Part shown: one piece after another, positions 1 through 63,850 of the stretch
How positions within the stretch are numbered: the stretch's first letter is position 1
How the letters are laid out: the number at the start of each line of letters is the position of its first letter
Assembly: GCA_963693365.1 (NCBI GenBank)
Contig: CAVNZM010000002.1
Coordinates: 8,963,059 to 9,027,058, forward strand
Direction of reading: 5' to 3'
DNA length: 64,000 nucleotides
DNA from: Amoebidium appalachense
Lineage: Eukaryota > Protista > Ichthyosporea
Program-made: the position numbers and the translations under genes
The notes under the pieces: model-generated
Told to the model about the DNA's origin: nothing
Database searches by the model: none
What the model saw: the letters and a program-made list of their open reading frames with translations, nothing else

Positions 1-440
1 GAGGCAGCTTCTGCTTCAAGGAAATTTGCCAAGGGTTTAAGCGCTCTAGTTTTCTCTTTCTTGATCCAAGCGCTTTTTAGAAGGGGTAAACCATATTCAC
101 ATGCCGGGAAGACAAAAGTGCGAATAAATGTAAGTTTAATAGAAGGATGGAGGGGTGTGTCTTTAAAAATATTAGCCGAGAAGAAAGCTAACCGCTTACG
201 AGCCAGCTCTACCCTCTTTTCGACCATATGGGAAAACATCACACCAACAGAATTAACCGGAACACCAAGATATTTGTATTCTGGAACTATAGGTACAGGT
301 TTAGATGATAATTTAAATGTGTGTAAATTGTTAGCTATATCAGGTAAAAGAACACCACATTTGTCTATGTTAAGGATCATAAGGTTTGCCTTGCACAAAT
401 CAACTAACCTTATTACAATGGTGTTTGGACCGAGACTGAG
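1..440 (-). mobile_element. 5'-truncated non-LTR retrotransposon (LINE-like) reverse transcriptase C-terminal/thumb fragment, runs off window start
   Basis: The minus-strand frame is open from ~440 to base 1 and is absent from the ORF track because it has no stop. It reads ...RLVDLCKANLMILNIDKCGVLL...PVPIVPEYKYLGVPVNS...SIKLTFIRTFVFPACEYGLPLL..., matching the LINE RT motifs L.lN..K, (Y)KYLGV and K..f....v.P...YG. No YADD motif or upstream RT is present. Confidence 0.75.
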
Positions 441-1673
441 TCCTTGATACGGTGGTCACTGCCGGCCTGGAGAGAGCCTCCAACTCTCAGCCTCCAAAAA
501 TAAATAAAGAGCAGAGCATGCACGAAAACTCTGTCAGATGACCATAATGATTCTTGAGCAGGGGGGTTTATGTTACGTAAATCAGATATGACGTTGCACA
601 TGCTGACCATTCTGAGCAGGAGGGTTTATTTTCCATCTTATGGTTTGATTCGGGAGTTTTGGATTGCGGGCTTTTGGATTTTGTGACGTTTTATGTTTGT
701 TCTTCGGTGTCTCCTCCATGTTTCCAACACCTCTGGTGCATACATCCCCTCCTCCCCCCCCCCCCCCACACACACACCCCACCCCTCCCCGTCCCCCCCC
801 CCCCCCCCCCCCCCACCCCTCTCCTCGCCCGTCCGCCCGCCCCAACAGCGTGGCATGTAAACACACATTTTATATGCACAGCCTCTCTCTTCCCCCCTCG
901 ACCTACCGTCCCCCTTCCCCCCCCCACCCCCCCCACCCCCCCCCACCCCCCCCCCCAACACACACAACACATTCCCCTCCCCCCGTCCGGAGGTACCGGA
1001 TAGTAACCCTTACAACTCTCAAGGTACATATATTAGGGCCTGTGTATTCGTGAAATTTTCGAATTCAGGCTGATTGCTACCATCACGGATGGTTTTCATG
1101 CCTGTTTGGCTCCCGCCCGTTTTCTTATTGTCATAGTATCTAGGAAATCCAACTTATTGGGCCATTAAAAAGTATACATGCGTGGCCGTGCATAGTGTGT
1201 GTGCAAGTGTCTCTTGTGCTGAGCGTGTCTCGCAAGGGGAGCCAATAGCGGCTGGACTTTAAATTTTAAATTTTTATTGCTTACATTCCAAGACATATAT
1301 ATCGTCCGTAAGAAAACCCTAGATAGAGCTGGGGAGAGTCAGGCGGACTAATTGTATCTTCACTCATACTCGCGATCCACACCAGAGTTCTGTACGCACA
1401 TACCTCACTAACTTATCAATTACTAATTAGACTTAAAAGGAAGAGAAACTTTGAAAACACCAAACACCAGAAACTTTGAAAACACCAAACACCTCCAAAC
1501 CAGAAAACAAAAAAAAAAGCAACCTTAATCTCGAAATGCAACATTAAACAGTGATCCAGCGCATCATATAAGTGACCTAACAGGACTCCCCAGCCAACCG
1601 TTAAATGTTATGAATCAAAGCCAATCAAATCATTGTACACTTAACCTTATTATGCAATGTCGTGTAACCTAAT

Positions 1674-29837
<28,164 letters not shown>

Positions 29838-29937
29838 TCTTAGCGTGTGTTTAGGTCCTAGCCCATATGATTCCGAAAGAAAACAAAACCACTTGTAGTT
29901 TGTTGGAGGGAAAAGAGCTTGTGAACACCACGATGGC

Positions 29938-29972
29938 AGTGTTCTAACTTCTCTAACTTAAGTTAGAACACT
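29938..29972. promoter_or_regulatory. 13-bp perfect inverted repeat ~100 bp upstream of the ABCA ATG
   Basis: agtgttctaactt (29938-29950), a 9-nt spacer, then aagttagaacact (29960-29972). Function is inferred from position only. Confidence 0.35.
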
Positions 29973-30879
29973 AACCTCGAACTTGTTTTTATGTTCCAAG
30001 TCTGTAGGACACGGTACTGTATATTCTTGGATCTCGTGATTGCTTTGTGCCGAGACACTTTCGAGTGGCTCGGAGCTCGCTGCTACCGGACATCTTCGAA
30101 TGTGTCAAGTATGTTTACGGTTCGTTGGAGTGAAGTTGTACTACTACAAAAAAATGCCCACAAACATTTGCCCTTCGAACCCAAAAAGTGTATCATGCTC
30201 ATTTCATAGAAATATGAAAAAGTAACTTAAGTTTGCCTATTAATGTGCCGTCTTGTACGTCACGCTTATTACTCTAACCCCCCCCCCCCCCCCCCCCCCC
30301 CTCCTCCCCTCAATGGCCAACGCAGTAATATCGAACACTAGTAAAGTAACTTTTTTTTGCAGCCCTCCCAGTACGTGTCCAATGGCATCATCGTCCAATA
30401 GATCTTGTGCCGTGCCACATGCATGGCCCTGGTCGCAGTAGTTTTGTTGTTCCTGATCCCTTTTCAGCTTGAAGGGAGCAACGGAGCCATCATATTTACT
30501 GGCTTTTGAGGAATTTGGGCGTAGCATGTTTTTTCTGGGTGAAGCTGACGGGTCACTTTGATACACACTTTCGGGGTTCAAGCACCCCCACCCTGAGGCC
30601 CATGACCCCCAGAGTACAATTGTACACTATCGTCTTTTTAATTTCTCACGGGTTGCATCCATGCGCCCCTAAATATTCGGGCCGTGCACGCCATATGGAT
30701 GCGCATGCACCACGATATGTCGTGCTTGAAAACACTTCCAGTGTGCAAGTGCACGTGTACTGCGCCATGTAGTAACAGAAATAGGATCGATGGCCTGATA
30801 ACATGTACGTAGGTGGCGCCGGAGTTCACTTTTGTAGTCAGGTGCCTCTCCTGCTTGGAAAAAAAATAGCTAGAGCCAA

Positions 30880-30891
30880 AGTTAGTTAGTT

Positions 30892-30948
<57 letters not shown>

Positions 30949-31060
30949 GGCGGCTACAGTAAAGAGCGCAGCCAGAGCCTGGCTCGCTCAACCGGCGACG
31001 GGCACAAAACATGAGCACACTCCTGTGGGCAAAAAGGGGGATCTATGTGGATCTTCTTCT
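30880..31060 (-). mobile_element. Probable poly(A)-tailed retroposon 3' end (LINE/SINE tail)
   Basis: A ~52-nt pure T run (30895-30946) is preceded by (gtta)3 and followed by unique GC-balanced sequence. On the minus strand this reads ...ctttactgtagccgccgt-A52. No target-site duplication was found and the upstream boundary is uncertain. Confidence 0.4.
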
Positions 31061-32011
31061 CATAAGAAGACAAAAATGATTGGTTAAAAATGCATCATTG
31101 TTGAGGAGGGTAAATAGATGCATAGCTGCTCGCTACGCCAATCAAACTGGTGGTGCGATTCCGTGCGAAATGAACTTGGGAAAACAAACACACACGGAAC
31201 CAAAACGACGAATAGAACTCTTGCCTTCAAGGATTCGGGCATGCACACAGCACCACAGCCACCGGGACAGCGCCCCCTCAGAAGACATGCACGCGTGCGC
31301 GCCAGTGTCCCTCTAATGAACTAGAATTGTGTATCAATCCCCCCCCCGCCCCCCTCCCCCTCCCCCTCCCTACAACCCCCGCCCCGCCCAACCCCCCTAA
31401 GGCTCCCTCCGAGTTTAACCCTCACCCCCCCCCCCCCCCCCCCCCCTCCCCCCACCCGCCACCCCCCACCCCTCACCCTCCAACCCCCACCCCCTCCCCC
31501 AAATTAAACACGTACGCACACCTCCTGCACCCGTCCGAATGGACCGCCCACAACCCCACTCCAGCAACCATACACTGCTCCCCGACGGTTTGCTTCCGGG
31601 CCAATGCCTTGCTAGTATAAATACAGGTGTGCAGTCCTTGGCGGCGTGAATACATACATAATTGTTTCCGGCTTGGGAGCTTCAGAGATGTATTGGCTCG
31701 CTCTATCCGACCGCGCAGCTGAAAATACAACCATTTGTAAATTCTTTCCAGTCCCTCGGGAGAGACCTCATGGATTTTGCCCCTTTTGCCGAGATACTTT
31801 CCTAATATGGGTGGGTGTTTGGGTGGGTGCACGGTGTGAGGGGGAAGGGGAGGGGGGTGGGGGGGGGGGGGGTGGCCATGGGCTGAGGGTTTAGCACTAC
31901 TAGCGGTAACCACGTACGTACACACCTGGATTGTGCACGAACGTTACTGGTCGGTGATGAAGAGCTTTTACATAAATAAACACTTCTCCCTGTCTGTATT
32001 ACGGGAACTGG

Positions 32012-32405
<394 letters not shown>

Positions 32406-32605
32406 AATTGCAGCCCCACGGGCACAACTTAAAACAACCAGACTCTAAGGCATTTTATCATAAACCGACGGCGTCTACCAAGCATTGATAATGGCCAGTT
32501 TTTATTTTGTCAGAGCCTCGTAGTCAGAACTATCCATATCAACTATTCATAACTCTCTCGTACGTTTTTTTGTACAAACCCTGATAAAAGCGCACGTGTG
32601 CGCGG

Positions 32606-32686
<81 letters not shown>

Positions 32687-33395
32687 GAGAAACACATAAT
32701 CTGAGACACACTCTCTCTCCGTCACCCCAGTTGTAGAATTCTGGCACACCTCATCCACATATACCCCTTAAGGGTGAACACATAAATTAATGAACAACGT
32801 TTGATGTTGTCACCGCACATATGAAAAATCCATTGAAATTTTAGGCTAACAGATTATTAACAGCTTTATGACCCCCCTTTGGCAATCAAGCATCAAAGCA
32901 ACCACACACGAATATGACAACGACCTGCTAACCCTTGCAGCCACCACAACCCCCCCCTCCCCCCCTCCCCCCGCGCCCCTTGTTCAATTATATATCGTGA
33001 TGCCGGGCAGCACTTACAAGTTGCAAACATAGCTTGATATTAACGTCACTTGAATTGAATGAAATCAACCATTGACAGCGCTCATTTAACAACCATACTA
33101 AAAGCAAAGACAGAAGCAGGACGTACCTGCTGTAAATAACTATTTAAAATAAATAGATATGATATCAAAAATGTCCTTAAAGCTACTGCAGCATATATAT
33201 GCATTCCCCTTGCATTATCAACTTTTTGCAACCACATGGCTTCCCCCTTCCTCCTTCCCCACCTCCTCTTCCCCCCCCCCCCCCCCCCCCCTCCCCCAGC
33301 CCCTCACCCCTGCCCCTACCACCTCGCCCCCCCTCCCTCCCCCCTCCTTTCACCCCCTTCAAACACTTAGCATAGACACACATGCTTTTTCCCCA

Positions 33396-34320
33396 TCAAA
33401 CATCAGACTCCCTTGTAGACCGCCTGCGCGCCACAAACCTCGGGAATGAATCTCCCAGCATCATCGTGTACAGGTGCATGCTCGCCTCATCAAAAAGATT
33501 CGCCCATTCCTCAATCTCCGCCGCAGAAATCTGTTTCGGGCCACCCGCCAATTCACCCGTTGCACTCCCTCTCTTTTTATCGTCGCTACCATCTCCGAGA
33601 GATTGAATACTCATTGCACTTTCAGCAATGGTGTTGCTCACCGCAGGCTGAAACGAACCCTTTCCGGACCGGGACACGGGGTTTGAATTTCCCAAAACTT
33701 TTGCGCGGATTTGCAGCACGGTCGGGGCCGGAAGATTAACCTCGTAAAGGCAGGAGGGGTCCATGTGGTTGTCGTAAATTTCCTTTGCGAGTTTTTTCGT
33801 TTGGGCAAGATCGAATTTCTCTGCCGACAGCACGGCATCCTTGTAGTGAGTCATGGCCTTGTAGGCGAGCATGTTTTCATTGGAGAATTCCCTCTTCAGG
33901 AATTCAAAGAATTCGCTGGCGAGCTCCGGTTCGGTGAGGGTACGGTCAAAGCTGGCTTTGTTGGCGGAGAGGGAGCCACTGGGACGTCTGGCGGTGCTCT
34001 CTCTGTTGAGGCTGAAAAAAAAATATAAAAAATGGAATGATGGGTAGTGTTAGGAAATGACACCTCCTAACATCACGTGCATGCTCCTGTTTTTTTTTGT
34101 TTTTTTTTTTTTTGGGGGGGGGGGGGGAGGGGGGGGAGGGGGGGGGGGGGGGGGGGGGGGGTGATTATCAACAATAGCAAGTTGCCTTGTACATGGACCC
34201 AATTGAAAATTTGGGCATAATCAGGACTGCCGTGAGGCAAGTCATGATGTCGGGTGAAGAATTTGTGTTTGGGGTTGTGTTTTTTTTCCTTCTTTTTTTT
34301 CTTTTTTTTTTTTTTTTTTG

Positions 34321-34365
<45 letters not shown>

Positions 34366-34610
34366 AACGTTTGAGTGGGAATTAATGTAAACGGAGGGCT
34401 ATGCTGGAAGCTAAATACAAAGCTAGGGGAATGTGTTGGTATTAAGTCAAGAGAATTGGGGGGAGGGGGGGGGGGGAGGGGAAGGGGGAGGAGGGGGGGG
34501 GGGGGGGGGGGGGGGGAGGGGGGGGGGAGGAGAGAGGGGGAGGGGGCAGGAGGATGGAGCGAGCAGGGGGAGAAGGGCAAATAAAGGGGAAAGGGAAGTA
34601 GGGCGTGGGG

Positions 34611-34647
<37 letters not shown>

Positions 34648-35249
34648 GAGGGCACATTCACGTACGTGTAGGTCTCGACTAGGGGCCAAACGACGATTAC
34701 GAAATAGAAGCAGGCATACACCCCCACGAGACTGAGTAGGGTTAAATCTAGGTGCCCGTTGGTCGCCGCCCGGACTTTCTTTGACCCGCCAGTAAAGCTT
34801 ACGCCAATCCACGTTCCACCGAGAACGATTGCGTCGATTGCGATTAGCTGGAACTGTTGCGTAATGTGGAGTGTGTCTTTGTCCTCCGAAATGCGTGCAA
34901 TCATAACGGCAAAAGCAATGTAAACACTGACGAAGGAAATGAATAGAAAGATGAAAAAACCGCGGGTGACTGGGTTGTTTTGGCTCTCTGTGCTGGCTTG
35001 TTCACCCTCTCCCAAAAGCACGCCACCCAGGGAGTTCCTGCGAGTACGAGGGGGGGAAAATGGTGGTGGAGTGTTTTTATTCAGTTAGTGAATGGGCATT
35101 GAAGAGGGGTGTATGGCTAAGTATTTAGTGTGTAATGAGGTAAAAAGCTAGAAAAAGGGGTCCTGTGCGCGCGCACACACACATGCACACATACAAGCAG
35201 CTCACACGAAAACAACATGACACACACACACACACACACACACACTGTG

Positions 35250-35285
<36 letters not shown>

Positions 35286-35296
35286 ACGCACACGCA

Positions 35297-35339
<43 letters not shown>

Positions 35340-35869
35340 ACAGTGACCCACCCACCCACCCAGCCACCCACACCCATACATATACAGAGTCCCGACAACC
35401 CGATCACCTCCCATGCCTGGCAGAGGAAAACACGAACACAAAAACACTATGCACCTCCACAAACCCTGAGGCCCCCCCACACCCCCTCCCCCCGGTCCTT
35501 CCTCCTTCCCCCCCCCCCCCCCCCCCCCCCCTCCTCCGCCCACACAAACACAAACCATGACACCAATATGCAACAAACGAAGGAAAAATAGATAAAAGCA
35601 AAGGGTTGACCGTATACTAAATTGAACACCAGTTGAACTAGTAGAGGTGGTATAGGCAAAATACGTATGACACGTACTCTGCATAGATTCCAGCGCCAAT
35701 CCACGTTGCTATAGCAATCACAAGGGCAACCACCACGATGCCTTGGCGGAAGAACCGGTGGGCAATGCGGTGGCCAATTGACACATCTCCCTTTGTGGCC
35801 AGACCTTGCCGTATCTGTGTACAAAAACATTAGAGAGAGAGAGAGAGAGAGTGTGTGTGTGTGTGTATG

Positions 35870-35954
<85 letters not shown>

Positions 35955-36723
35955 TCCCAGCACGTGCCCAATGTACGCTTGAAATCCGAAAAACTGTTGA
36001 TGAAGGGTAGATAAAAAAAAAGGTTGTGCCAGGCCAAACTGGAACCCGGGCGAGAGGGTGGGGCAAGGGGAGTGGACGGGGGGGGGGGGGGGGGGAGGGG
36101 AGGGGGGTCCGAGGAAGGACGGGGGAAGGAGGGAAGGGGGGAGGGGGGGGGGAGGGGGGACGGGGAGGAAGGGACGGGGAGAGGGGCGCGGAGGATTTCG
36201 GGAGAGCAGCAGGAATTATTTAAAAATAGTTTTTAACATATATGCATGGTGTCGGGGGAATTGTAAAAGAAGGCCGCATCTATCATGCATATTTTCACTG
36301 TGCAAATTAACAGTAGGGAGTTACTTAAGCAAACCTAATATGCATATGTCATGGATTTTAACATAAAAGAAAAAAGCACAAAAATGGCTCCACGAGACAC
36401 ATTGGATATTTGAGTGATAAGTGTGTCATGCAGACAGGTTCAAAATAGCGAGATATTGTTGGTACACTCGCATGTGAGCTTGCTGTAACTCCAGTTGTGT
36501 CGGTGAATTTGTATGTGGCATGGTGCTACTCGCCGCCATGCAGTTCATATTTGAGCTGGTGCCCCAGTGAGAACAAGAGGTTATTTAGAGTGGCTGTGGG
36601 GAATTATACCCGGACGGTGCACACCCTCTCAGCGCCTTATTAAAGTCTGGGTTTTCCTTTTCCCCCCCCTTTCTTTCTTTCTTCTTCTCCTTTTCATTAA
36701 AAAAAAACCCCCGTTAAAAAAGC

Positions 36724-36791
<68 letters not shown>

Positions 36792-36838
36792 AGTGTGTGT
36801 GTGTGAGTGTGAGTGTGTGTGAGCGTGTGTGTGTGAGC

Positions 36839-36921
<83 letters not shown>

Positions 36922-36985
36922 CGCGCGCGCCTGCGTGTGTGTGTGTTCAACGTGTGTGTTCAACGTGTGCGCGTTGTGGGTGTTC

Positions 36986-37020
<35 letters not shown>

Positions 37021-37055
37021 GGCGCGGGCGCGTGTGTGTGTGTCCTTGCTTTAGG

Positions 37056-37128
<73 letters not shown>

Positions 37129-37515
37129 CGCGTGGGGAACTGAGAATATTTGAGACCATCCTAAAGGGAGAACTACCTGATTGCCGTTGACAAGCACGTG
37201 CTTCACATAGTAGTTGTGGTACAGTTTCCAACAACGCATAGCCATGGTTGTCAAAGTGACGAGGCAGCAAGTAAAGTTGATCAGGTCGTAAAAGTAATAA
37301 TAGTAGTGCAGGGAGTCCAACGTGCGCGAAAGACTGAACACGGACGCACTCACGGAGATGAGAAACGAAGCAAAAATGGCCGCCAGGTTGTATTTGGGCC
37401 ACTGGGCACATATGGGATGGCGGTTAATGTTGTAGATGTATAGCGAGGCGGTGATGGTGTAGAACGGTATGGTGAATACCAAACACAAGATGGGGCTGAC
37501 TGTAAGCTGCGACAT
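33396..37515 (-). CDS. 7TM-RGS protein (seven predicted TM helices plus C-terminal RGS domain), 4 exons, 487 aa
   Basis: Exons 37177-37515, 35678-35814, 34666-35037 and 33396-34011, all GT-AG with consistent phases. Seven hydrophobic segments: [20 protein letters not shown]; [19 protein letters not shown]; [20 protein letters not shown]; [20 protein letters not shown]; [20 protein letters not shown]; [18 protein letters not shown]; [20 protein letters not shown]. The RGS box follows: SFDRTL...[17 protein letters not shown]...AKEIYDNHM...EVNL...LFDEA...MLGDSFPRF. Confidence 0.9.
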
Positions 37516-40500
37516 TTTTGTTGACCAGCAAAAGTGTTATTATTTATAGTGTAACTACTATTATACGGTTGTGGTATACGCCTTTTTTGTGAGTTTGAAG
37601 TTGTGAAGTGGATGTTACACGTAACGTGTGGGGATTATTTTTCGAGGAAATGGTAATTACGTATAATGATGTGATGTATTGAATGTGTATTGAGGCATAT
37701 CAGGGCCCCTGCCGCTAAATTTCGGGCGTATTATTTTAACTAGTCATGCAGCCAATATGCCCAGGGAAATATAAAGTGACTTTGGTGAGTAACTTTGAAC
37801 GATATTAGTAACACTCAGGAGCAGTGCCTCAATGTGAAGAGAAATCAAATCCGTTGAAATATATGACTGAGAGGCTCCTGTGATGCCGTCGCATAGTTGT
37901 TGATAGACAAGTCTTTCACTTTCATATGTATGGCCAATTGCATTTAGGGCGTGCCAATTTGATGGTTCGGATGCTCGAACGTGGACGTAATTCGTGTGTG
38001 TGTGTGAAGTTGTCGTGGGAACTGTATGCACATAACAGAAAACAGGAATAAGCACTAATCCTGTTTAGTTAGTCCGGCTTGCACGAACATGGCAAGGCAG
38101 CTCGTCCCGGTCAGCAGTGACTCTGAGCACATACCGAGCTAATGATTATTCATTATCCTGCTCGGCAATCGCCTTTGGCAGCTGGACCGTGAGCGCCAGG
38201 GCAAATCTGGAGGGCCCGAGGTTATTACTGCTGTTCGGAGCTTGTGTCGGCGCCAAACGTGTGTTGTGAGAACGCAGGCTCAATTACAATTTGAATCCAT
38301 GATATATACGTGCTAACTACAGTAGCATTTGCAAATCTGCTGAGGAGTCTTTTGGGGCAAAAAATTTAGATATGACATGCTACATTTCAATGGTGCTCGA
38401 GCGCAGGTTTTTTACCACTTAAACGCACATTCATCGACGCATCCGTTGTGCGTGCCGCGGCATGCGTACATATGTTGCCAATGTGTACATGGTATGTATG
38501 GCCGCCGGGCCGTACGTGACTAATATAGTACGTAATTACACTACGTACGCATGCACACTGACCATGATCAGCCGGAACTGCTTGGTGATCATATATATAG
38601 ACATAAACTAATAACATTATCACGTAGCAGGTTCGAGGAATTTTATTGAAAACACACGCACCAGCTGCCCATGGCCCATGCATGGGCCAGGTCGGCCATT
38701 GGCTGTACATGTGCTGAGCATGATCCGACTCGAGCTCGAAGAGGGTCATGGTCATCATGCATGCATTATAAAAAAAAAATCTGAAGGGATTACATCTGAA
38801 TAACCAAACCAGCCATAGGAGCCACACACTATTAGCCCTTCTCATAGTCGAGCTCCGATGTGCTAAAGGGCGGTGCACGCGTTCACCATATGAGTGCAAT
38901 GACTGACCGACTGTCCCTATAGCAAGCCGAATATGATTGGTCAAAAGTGCATTGTGCATCATCTACGATGCGTCGTACACCAATCCGTGATCGTACAGGG
39001 AGTTTAGTGAGTATATGGAGAACCTTTTCTCATCCGTGACTGACCGTCATTTTTTGGGACCGTCACCAGGCCTGGGCAGCTGGGCTCCTGGGCACCGAGA
39101 CGCCTTATCAACACGATAAAGAGTCTAGACGAGAGATATACTATTTCTCCCCCCTTCTGATCGTCATGTGTACAAACTTACAATGCCTGTGCTTTGACCC
39201 ACACATATCAATCAAATATCGGTGGGTTTGAAACTTTGCGCGTGACTGGAATTTGGCATGGGGTTTCAGAAGAGGTATAGGGAGAGTCATAAAGCTTCAG
39301 GAGCGGCGCGCTCTAGGTAGCCGCCGGGGATGATGCGCAGCAGGTCATCCCTCGGGCTGTACTCTCCAAGCATGCACTCGTTCGTGCGTGACATTGTGCT
39401 ATTTTTAGACCGCAAGCTTGTGCGGATGCTACTATGGCGCAACTGCTCGTGCCATAGTGTGTGCTATGTAGAAAAGGTCTCGTACGCGTACACTCTGTCT
39501 GCCGTATGCATAGTGCCAGACGGTACTACACTGTGAGCAAGATCACGAGATGGTGCACTATGTTGCAATGCCAACGTGCAGGCATTTTGATGTGTTCACT
39601 TGAACCGTGAGTGCGTATGTTGACAAATATAGTTTGTGCCACCCGTCTTGTCACACTCGAATTTTTTTTTTTGTCCGTGCACGTGCATACGTATATATAT
39701 AGCGACGGCTATAACAGCGGCCGATGCGGTGTATATATGCATAGATTTCATTTAGTTTCATTTGCATCAGGGTGTGCTTGCCAGCGTTACAGGACTGTTC
39801 AAAAAGCTTGTGCTGCGTATCCTGCCACGTTGTGTACATGTACATGTGCAGGCCTGAGTTTGCCGTGATTTTCTCAGCGCCTTAAAGGCTTGGGATCTTT
39901 GTGCAATCACGCGATTCAATATCCTATAGTATTGATATTGCATAGTGAATAAAGTTAGTGACAAGTGTTGAGGATACGTACAGGAGTCGGTGAGGGGAAA
40001 ATGTCTCTTTGTGCCACTGGAGTGTGTATTCACTTCTCACCCACGTACGTTCAGCATTCCAGGACTTATGTGTCGGTGTGTGCCAGCCTGGTGTATGTAT
40101 CCTTCTAACAAAAAGTTTGAGGTTTGGGGCTAAACCAGCTTTTCTTGTTGTGTCTTGGAGTACTGGCTCTATATACAACTGTATGGCGCATCCGATTCGG
40201 AGTGCATGTGGAAACGTCAGCAGTAAGCCATGTGCCAGGCAGCGGGTAAACAGTGGACTTTTCTGTTCTGTGCATTGTAATATGATATGCCCGTTGCATG
40301 TCAACAGTATGTGTTGATGCCTGTGTGAGTAATGTACATTACTTGCATGTGACTAAGTGACGCGTTTCACGCGGGCGAAGACAGAGGACATGTATGTGTA
40401 TTTCCGGTTCTACACAATTCCTTCAGTGTACGTTTACACTGTGTAGAAGAAGTGTTCCCCGTGCATGTCACCTCCACGTGTGGCATTTCTGTGTAATTTT

Positions 40501-40823
40501 GTGTGTCCTCAGTCAGACGCTGCATTTAATGAGCTTCAATGATTTTTTAGCTACAAAACCAGAAAATTACATCAGAGATGAGAGATGAGGAGAGCACACT
40601 GTTTGGAGGATCACCCAAAACAGAGAGAAGGCATGCAGGGGACCTTCAGACCTTCACTCGAGCCTCGAGTCCGAGGAGAGCTAGAGAAGGTTGGGATGTG
40701 TGTAAAGAAAGGGATAAAGAGAAGGGAGAAAGAGCGGACGAGAGAAGCAAAACAGCTCTATGGGAGAGGAGAGAGCCTTGCAGAGAGAGAAAGAGGGTGA
40801 GAACGTAGGACACAAAACACGTG

Positions 40824-40854
<31 letters not shown>

Positions 40855-40904
40855 CCTCAGACAAACACACACACATGCACACAGACACACACACACAGGG
40901 GAGT

Positions 40905-41741
<837 letters not shown>

Positions 41742-42994
41742 CAGCTGTGGACATGCAATAGAACGTGTGGGACGGAAAGCTATGTAGAAGGCGATGGGGT
41801 GCCCGGAGTGAGAGCTTAATTGGGTAGTAGCCAAAAGAGAACTTCACCAGCAAAGCCTTCGATTGTGAGCTTGCGAAGATCCTTTTGAAAACAACGATGG
41901 ATGAAGCTCTAGGAATCGGACGATGCTTGATGGGTAGAACACCCGTCCGGGAAAAGGAGAATATGACGTTACAACTGCAGCTTTACGTATACACTGCGTG
42001 CTTTTCTACTTGCAAAGTGTCAGCCAAGTGTTGCAAACGGCGTGCACCCTAGCAGTTATACTTGTAGAGCTCAGCTGGCCGTCACAGACCCAGCTGGTAC
42101 GATCACGTAATGGGTGTCTATTTTATCCTGGTAAGAGAGGACTGCCAATCGTATGGCCGCAATAAAACAAACACTAGCAAAGTCATACGCCTATCACGGA
42201 TGAAACATAAACTGAGGAATGCGGTTCATGAATACCTTCATTTGTGTACAATTTTTCATTTTATTGTCAGTTTTTTGTACCGCGCAGTGACTGCGCACGA
42301 ACGCACAAAAAGCTTCGTCTTCTTCTTGCTCTAGGCTTCGCTTTTATTCTGCTCTGCAGGTAATCAGCATCAACAAAGCCTTCGGTTTCGTGCAAGAAAC
42401 GTTAACTGAAATACATCGTTATTCTGCTGCTGTTGTGAATCCTAGTGAAAAAGTGATGCGATGTCACATGCTAAGCTTTGGATAGGTCCTGTGGTGCAGA
42501 CCACGTTACACCTGTGGCTGTTAGATGAGATCTCTGACTCCAACAGATCTCTGACTCCGACAGAGTCGATCACATCATTAGGTAGACTGACATCACACTA
42601 GTGTTTCCTCAGCCCCCCCCCCCCCCCCCCCCCCCCCACCCCCACCCCCCCCTCCCCCCTCAGTCACTCATTCTCTCTCACTCACTCGGCCTCCAGAACT
42701 CCCCCCCCCCCCCCCTCCCCCCGTCTCTGTTCTCCCCCCTCTCTCACGCTCTTTCTCCCCCTACCCTATTTCCCCCCCTCCCCCCTCCCCGCCTGAAGCC
42801 CCCCTCCCCCCCCATACACACACAAAAAGAAGCACCGCACACTCTTCGCCCACCTCCTGTCTGCCCCCGATTCCCCCAAAGACCTGATGGCTTTGGTTAT
42901 ATGAACCACTAACCATGTCAACCAACAAAACAGGTTCTAGGTACCTTTCTCTCTTTAACGCTGCGTGAGGGCAGCAGGCCACATCTTCCTCACC

Positions 42995-63667
<20,673 letters not shown>

Positions 63668-63811
63668 GTGTGTGTGTGTGTGTGTGTGTGTGGGTTTGTT
63701 TGGGAGAGGAGGGGGGTGGGGGGGGGAGAGGGGGGTGCCTGGCAGACTCAATGTCCACATTACATAAACTTACTGTCGCACGTGCACGCACGCACACACA
63801 CACAACACACA

Positions 63812-63850
<39 letters not shown>

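Noticed and set aside
61-447. 128-aa plus-strand ORF
   Set aside because: It is the antisense shadow of the minus-strand RT fragment and has no recognisable motif.
30240-30581. 113-aa minus-strand ORF upstream of ABCA
   Set aside because: No recognisable family, it ends in a homopolymer, and it is not needed for the ABCA model, which has its own ATG and N-terminal motif.
38387-38962. 191-aa minus-strand ORF in the intergenic region
   Set aside because: No recognisable domain, and the composition looks like random sequence.
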